From: Thermodesulfobacteriota bacterium
GTDB taxonomy: Bacteria; Desulfobacterota_D; UBA1144; Nemesobacterales; UBA2774
Length of the DNA: 64,000 nucleotides
NCBI GenBank assembly: GCA_965216785.1
Contig: OZ244197.1
Coordinates: 1,350,037-1,414,036 of the forward strand
Reading direction: 5' to 3'
Shown here: positions 60,459 to 64,000 of the stretch, piece after piece
Layout of the letters: each line of letters starts with the position of its first letter
Position numbering within the stretch: position 1 is the first letter of the stretch
Position numbers and translations under genes: made by a program
The notes under the pieces: generated by a model
What the model was told of the DNA's origin: nothing
Seen by the model: the letters and a program-made list of their open reading frames with translations, nothing else
Database searches by the model: none

Positions 60459-61766
60459 ATGGCTGATTACGAAAAGAGCTCTTTTGACGATCAGGACACA
60501 CCGAGCGCCGATATTATTAAGGACTGCGTGCACTGCGGCTTCTGTCTCTCGGCGTGCCCGACGTATTTAGAGACCGGGAACGAGCTCGATTCACCCCGCG
60601 GCAGGATCTATCTTATGAAATCAGCGCTTCACGGCGAGATACCTATAGCGGGATCACTTACAGAGCACCTGGACAGGTGCCTCGGGTGTCTTGCGTGCGA
60701 GCCCGCGTGTCCTTCCGGGGTACGCTACGGCTCTCTAATAGAGGCAGCCCGCTCACAGATCGAAAGGCGTTATGACAGAAGCGCAGGTGAAAAGCTTCAC
60801 CGTCAGGTGATATTCTCCCTTTTCCCTTACCCTGGGCGCCTAAAGCTCATGCTGCCCTTTCTGTACCTGTATCAAAAGCTCGGAATTAGCGCTCTTGTAC
60901 GCTCGAGCGGTATTCTGGGAAAGCTCTCCGCTAATCTGGAGCAGATGGAGGCAATGCTCCCTCCTGTTAAATCTCCCACGGTCCCAAGGTCGCTCCCTGC
61001 AGTGATAGCTCCCAAGGGGAAGAAGCGTTACAGGGTCGCTATGCTAAGCGGCTGTGTGCAGAGCGTATTCTTCGGCGACACGAACGGAGCTACGGCCAGG
61101 GTGCTGGCCGAGAACGGCTGCGAAGTCATTGTGCCTCAAAGCCAGGGCTGCTGCGGCGCTCTCAGCATCCATTCGGGCAGGTTGTCCGAAGGGCGGGAGT
61201 TTGCCAAGACAACGATCCAGACTTTCGAAAACTTAGACGTAGATGTGATCATTGTAAACTCAGCCGGGTGCGGCTCCACGATGAAGGAGTACGGGGAGAT
61301 ATTAAAGGACGATCCCGGATTCGCCTCACGCGCAGAGGAACTTTGTGCTAAGACAAAGGACGTAATGGAATTTCTCTCGGATATAGGACTTGAGGGGAAG
61401 CTGCACGAGCTGAACCTGCGCGTCACATATCAGGACGCGTGCCACCTGGGTAATGCCCAGAGGATAAAGTCGCAACCCAGGAGTGTAATGGGACGGATTC
61501 CCGGCCTTGACCTCATTGAATTACCCGAGTCAGAGGTTTGCTGCGGGAGCGCCGGTATATATAATCTCGTCCAGCCCGAAATGTCTCAGAGCCTACTTGA
61601 AAGGAAAATAGACAACCTCCGCACTCAGAATGTGGACTACCTGGTCGCGGGAAACCCCGGGTGCCTCCTTCAGATTAAAAAGGGGATAGATAAATACGGT
61701 TTAGGTATAAAAACCGCCCATCCTGTAGAGCTTCTCGACTGGTCTTACAGGGGTATTAGCGGATAG
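60459..61766 (+). CDS. glcF: Glycolate oxidase iron-sulfur subunit
   Basis: Two 4Fe-4S motifs 'CVHCGFCLSACPT' and 'CLGCLACEPACPS', plus two CCG domains. Confidence 0.8.
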   Translation: MADYEKSSFDDQDTPSADIIKDCVHCGFCLSACPTYLETGNELDSPRGRIYLMKSALHGEIPIAGSLTEHLDRCLGCLACEPACPSGVRYGSLIEAARSQIERRYDRSAGEKLHRQVIFSLFPYPGRLKLMLPFLYLYQKLGISALVRSSGILGKLSANLEQMEAMLPPVKSPTVPRSLPAVIAPKGKKRYRVAMLSGCVQSVFFGDTNGATARVLAENGCEVIVPQSQGCCGALSIHSGRLSEGREFAKTTIQTFENLDVDVIIVNSAGCGSTMKEYGEILKDDPGFASRAEELCAKTKDVMEFLSDIGLEGKLHELNLRVTYQDACHLGNAQRIKSQPRSVMGRIPGLDLIELPESEVCCGSAGIYNLVQPEMSQSLLERKIDNLRTQNVDYLVAGNPGCLLQIKKGIDKYGLGIKTAHPVELLDWSYRGISG

Positions 61767-61769
61767 CCC

Positions 61770-62276
61770 CTACTTATTTACCTCGATCCCGCGTGATTGT
61801 ATTGCCTCAAGCGTAGCGTCGAGCGGCTTATTCTCACTCACCCAGTAGTTTCCCTTGCTTTCCTTACTAAAAACAGGGTTTTGAAACTTGCACACGTCGA
61901 GATCACCGCCGCACGGAACCTCGTCAAATTTGTCCGGCACCATCTTCCCGCAAGTGAACGCGAAATTCCCTTGGCTCATGGTTATGGCCGTCCAGTTCCC
62001 CGCGGCAAGCTCGGTTGACCAACCGGCGCTCGCGCCCGGGTCATCCTTGGGCTCGTGATTTATGTATATTGTGTCTTCTGAAATATTATGGAAGAGAAAA
62101 AGGTTCAGCACGCCCCTTGTCTCGTTGTTCAGGAATAATGCTTTGCCGCTAATTTTATAGCCCTCGGCGTTGCAGCCCTCCGGAAACCCGGCGCCATTGT
62201 CTTGAGCCTGGCAGCCACCTAACAAAAAAAGCGCAAATAACGCGAACGTTATCAAACTGTTGTTGCGGAATTTCAT
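61770..62276 (-). CDS. Hypothetical lipoprotein
   Basis: 'MKFRNNSLITFALFALFLLGGC' lipobox. The tracked ORF extends further upstream to 62321. Confidence 0.5.
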   Translation of the reverse strand: MKFRNNSLITFALFALFLLGGCQAQDNGAGFPEGCNAEGYKISGKALFLNNETRGVLNLFLFHNISEDTIYINHEPKDDPGASAGWSTELAAGNWTAITMSQGNFAFTCGKMVPDKFDEVPCGGDLDVCKFQNPVFSKESKGNYWVSENKPLDATLEAIQSRGIEVNK

Positions 62277-62389
62277 ATCTACCTCCTCCTTGGCCCTACT
62301 TTTTTTAGTTAACGGCGACAATTCAAATAGCTAACGGAAAACTATCGGTTATCCTTATTATATACAATAAATAAAGGAGCGCTCAAGGG

Positions 62390-62995
62390 ATGAAATACCT
62401 TTTTATCATAGCAATAATTTCAGTTTCATTTATTACTCTTTCCTGCGATGAAACAGAGGATCTATTTGATGATGCTACTGGGGGCACGGATTCGTTAATA
62501 GATCAGGAAATAGCCGAAGCCCAGGACTATAACCTCACTACGCCTGTTTACGGTATGCGGGTTTCTGTGAGGGACGATGTGGGTTTGGGTATTAACAATA
62601 TCCTAAATATCCTCGATAACCGCGCTACGCAGTTTTTGGACTGCCAGTTCGAAGGTGGCTCAGATCTCGGATTTGAGGACGTCATGCTCTCAAACGGAGA
62701 CACCATCGGACCGCTCTCCGACCTCCGGGTTTTCGTCGTACCAAGGAGGTTTAAGTGTGAGGCCGTGGATCTTGACGTTTGCACCGGCATATATTTCTTC
62801 GGAAACGATATCATAGTAGTCTCTTCAGGTAGTTTTGGGGGGTGCCCCAATCTTGCAGTCTGGAAGCACGAGCTCGGGCACCGTTACGGTATGGAAGCAG
62901 ATCACAGTAACCTTAATGAGTTCCGTGCCTGCACCGATGAGAATAATTGTTCCTTCGAAGATATAATTGGGTTTAACGAAAAGCATATCCACTGA
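62390..62995 (+). CDS. Hypothetical lipoprotein with a HExxH (putative zinc metallopeptidase) motif
   Basis: Lipobox 'ITLSC'; 'WKHELGHRYGMEADH'. Confidence 0.45.
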   Translation: MKYLFIIAIISVSFITLSCDETEDLFDDATGGTDSLIDQEIAEAQDYNLTTPVYGMRVSVRDDVGLGINNILNILDNRATQFLDCQFEGGSDLGFEDVMLSNGDTIGPLSDLRVFVVPRRFKCEAVDLDVCTGIYFFGNDIIVVSSGSFGGCPNLAVWKHELGHRYGMEADHSNLNEFRACTDENNCSFEDIIGFNEKHIH

Positions 62996-63003
62996 TAACC
63001 GAT

Positions 63004-63594
63004 TTATTTGATCGCTTTTCCACTCTTTCTAAGCCCGAGCCATATTCCGGTATTGATTAAGAAGCAGAGCACTGTGAGCAGTCCCACAGTGTATTTAAAG
63101 AACTGTCTCGGCATTATGTAGAAAGAAAGATCGTACTGATTGTTCATCCATAAGTCGTTCTTAAACATCAGAGGATGAAATATCTCCCTCCAGAAAGTGC
63201 CGAAAAAAGGCAGCACCAGCAGAAGAGATAAGATCAATACAGCGTTTACCAGAGCAAACCGTGAAACCCTCTTGCGCTCAAAAGTCAGAGTGAGCAGTAT
63301 GAGCGCTCCAACTCCCCCAATAAGTAACTTGTCGAATATCCCCCTCACTTCCTCCAGGTGGAGCTTCTCTTTCTCTGTATAAAAGGTTTGCAGTCCACCC
63401 TGATGTCTGAAATAGGCGCTCAGCTCTGAAATTCCCTTTCGCGCTTCCTCCATTCCCACAACTTCACACCTCTTATGGTACTCGCAGTTGTACTCCATCC
63501 ACACCGGGGAGTAGACGGTAAATGCCATAGGTATATAGAAAGTGATATAGAGAAGTGATACGAAAAGAAGGGCGCCCTTAATTCCTTTTATCAT
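63004..63594 (-). CDS. DUF1461-family integral membrane protein
   Basis: Topology and a 'YTEKEKLHLEEV' block typical of DUF1461. Confidence 0.45.
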   Translation of the reverse strand: MIKGIKGALLFVSLLYITFYIPMAFTVYSPVWMEYNCEYHKRCEVVGMEEARKGISELSAYFRHQGGLQTFYTEKEKLHLEEVRGIFDKLLIGGVGALILLTLTFERKRVSRFALVNAVLILSLLLVLPFFGTFWREIFHPLMFKNDLWMNNQYDLSFYIMPRQFFKYTVGLLTVLCFLINTGIWLGLRKSGKAIK

Positions 63595-63630
63595 GGCAAA
63601 ATTGAGTATAAAGCATGGGTATAGTTCTTT

Positions 63631-64000
63631 CTATATGTCCTGATCAATATCTTTATCTGCCCGCTCGGGAAGCGAGTATCTTAGAACGAGATACCCTATT
63701 ATAGCGGATAAGAACGATCCCGTCAGGATGCCGAGCCTTGCGTCTATTCCATATTCAGCTTTATCCCCTACAAAAGCAAGTGTGCTTATGAAGAGGCTCA
63801 TAGTAAAACCTATGCCGCAGAGGATAGACGCCCCGTATATGCCTTTCCAATCAATGTCATCCGGCAGCTTCGCGAGACCGAGCATCACTCCCGCCTTTGC
63901 AAACCCGAATACACCGATTTGTTTGCCCACGAAAAGACCGAGCGCTACGCCCAGGGGAATGGGCTCAAACAGCGTACCGAGCGACATGCCTTCTAGCGAG
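63631..64000 (-). CDS. nhaA: Na+/H+ antiporter NhaA C-terminal part; the gene continues beyond the window
   Basis: 'ASILCGIGFTMSLFISTLAF' matches the NhaA C-terminal helices. Stop at 63631; the ORF is open at the window edge. Confidence 0.7.
   Translation of the reverse strand, partial: SLEGMSLGTLFEPIPLGVALGLFVGKQIGVFGFAKAGVMLGLAKLPDDIDWKGIYGASILCGIGFTMSLFISTLAFVGDKAEYGIDARLGILTGSFLSAIIGYLVLRYSLPERADKDIDQDI

Overview
The window opens with the 3' part of an rRNA operon: a complete 23S rRNA at about 94-3100, with no 5S gene following it. The remaining ~61 kb carries about 65 protein genes, two tRNAs (Cys-GCA, Leu-UAA) and several repeat families. Housekeeping content includes panBCD, prmA, mtnA, ald, bamD, two DksA/TraR paralogs, fbp, methylmalonyl-CoA mutase mutA/mutB, queC/queE, rplM-rpsI and glycolate oxidase glcDEF. 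Accessory content falls into six groups. (1) A ~7.4 kb segment between tRNA-Cys and tRNA-Leu consists only of secreted, minus-strand genes: two cytochrome P460-like proteins, a cupredoxin, YHS, DUF4142, cupin, MBL hydrolase, DUF1566, a pentapeptide-repeat protein and a 17-aa-periodic Cys-rich repeat protein. tRNA-Leu carries a 107-bp partial tandem duplication of its 3' end. A 32-bp element sits once between those duplicates and twice in tandem 4.9 kb away. (2) Three secreted proteins end in an IPTL-CTERM-type sorting signal, and all three are followed by the same terminator hairpin. (3) A subtilisin-like protease carries three near-identical tandem domains separated by poly-proline linkers, plus a C-terminal CAP domain. 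(4) Genes consistent with di-myo-inositol-phosphate synthesis are present: a split IPCT plus IPCT-like/DIPPS fusion, and a myo-inositol-1-phosphate synthase fused onto the rplM-rpsI operon. (5) A SAM-methyltransferase gene lies immediately 3' of the 23S rRNA, bracketed by ~75-bp direct repeats. (6) A ~115-bp repeat pair flanks a CRTAC1-like lipoprotein and an IPTL-CTERM P-domain gene. No CRISPR array, transposase or integrase gene is visible. All functional calls rest on motifs recognised by eye and need a homology search to confirm.
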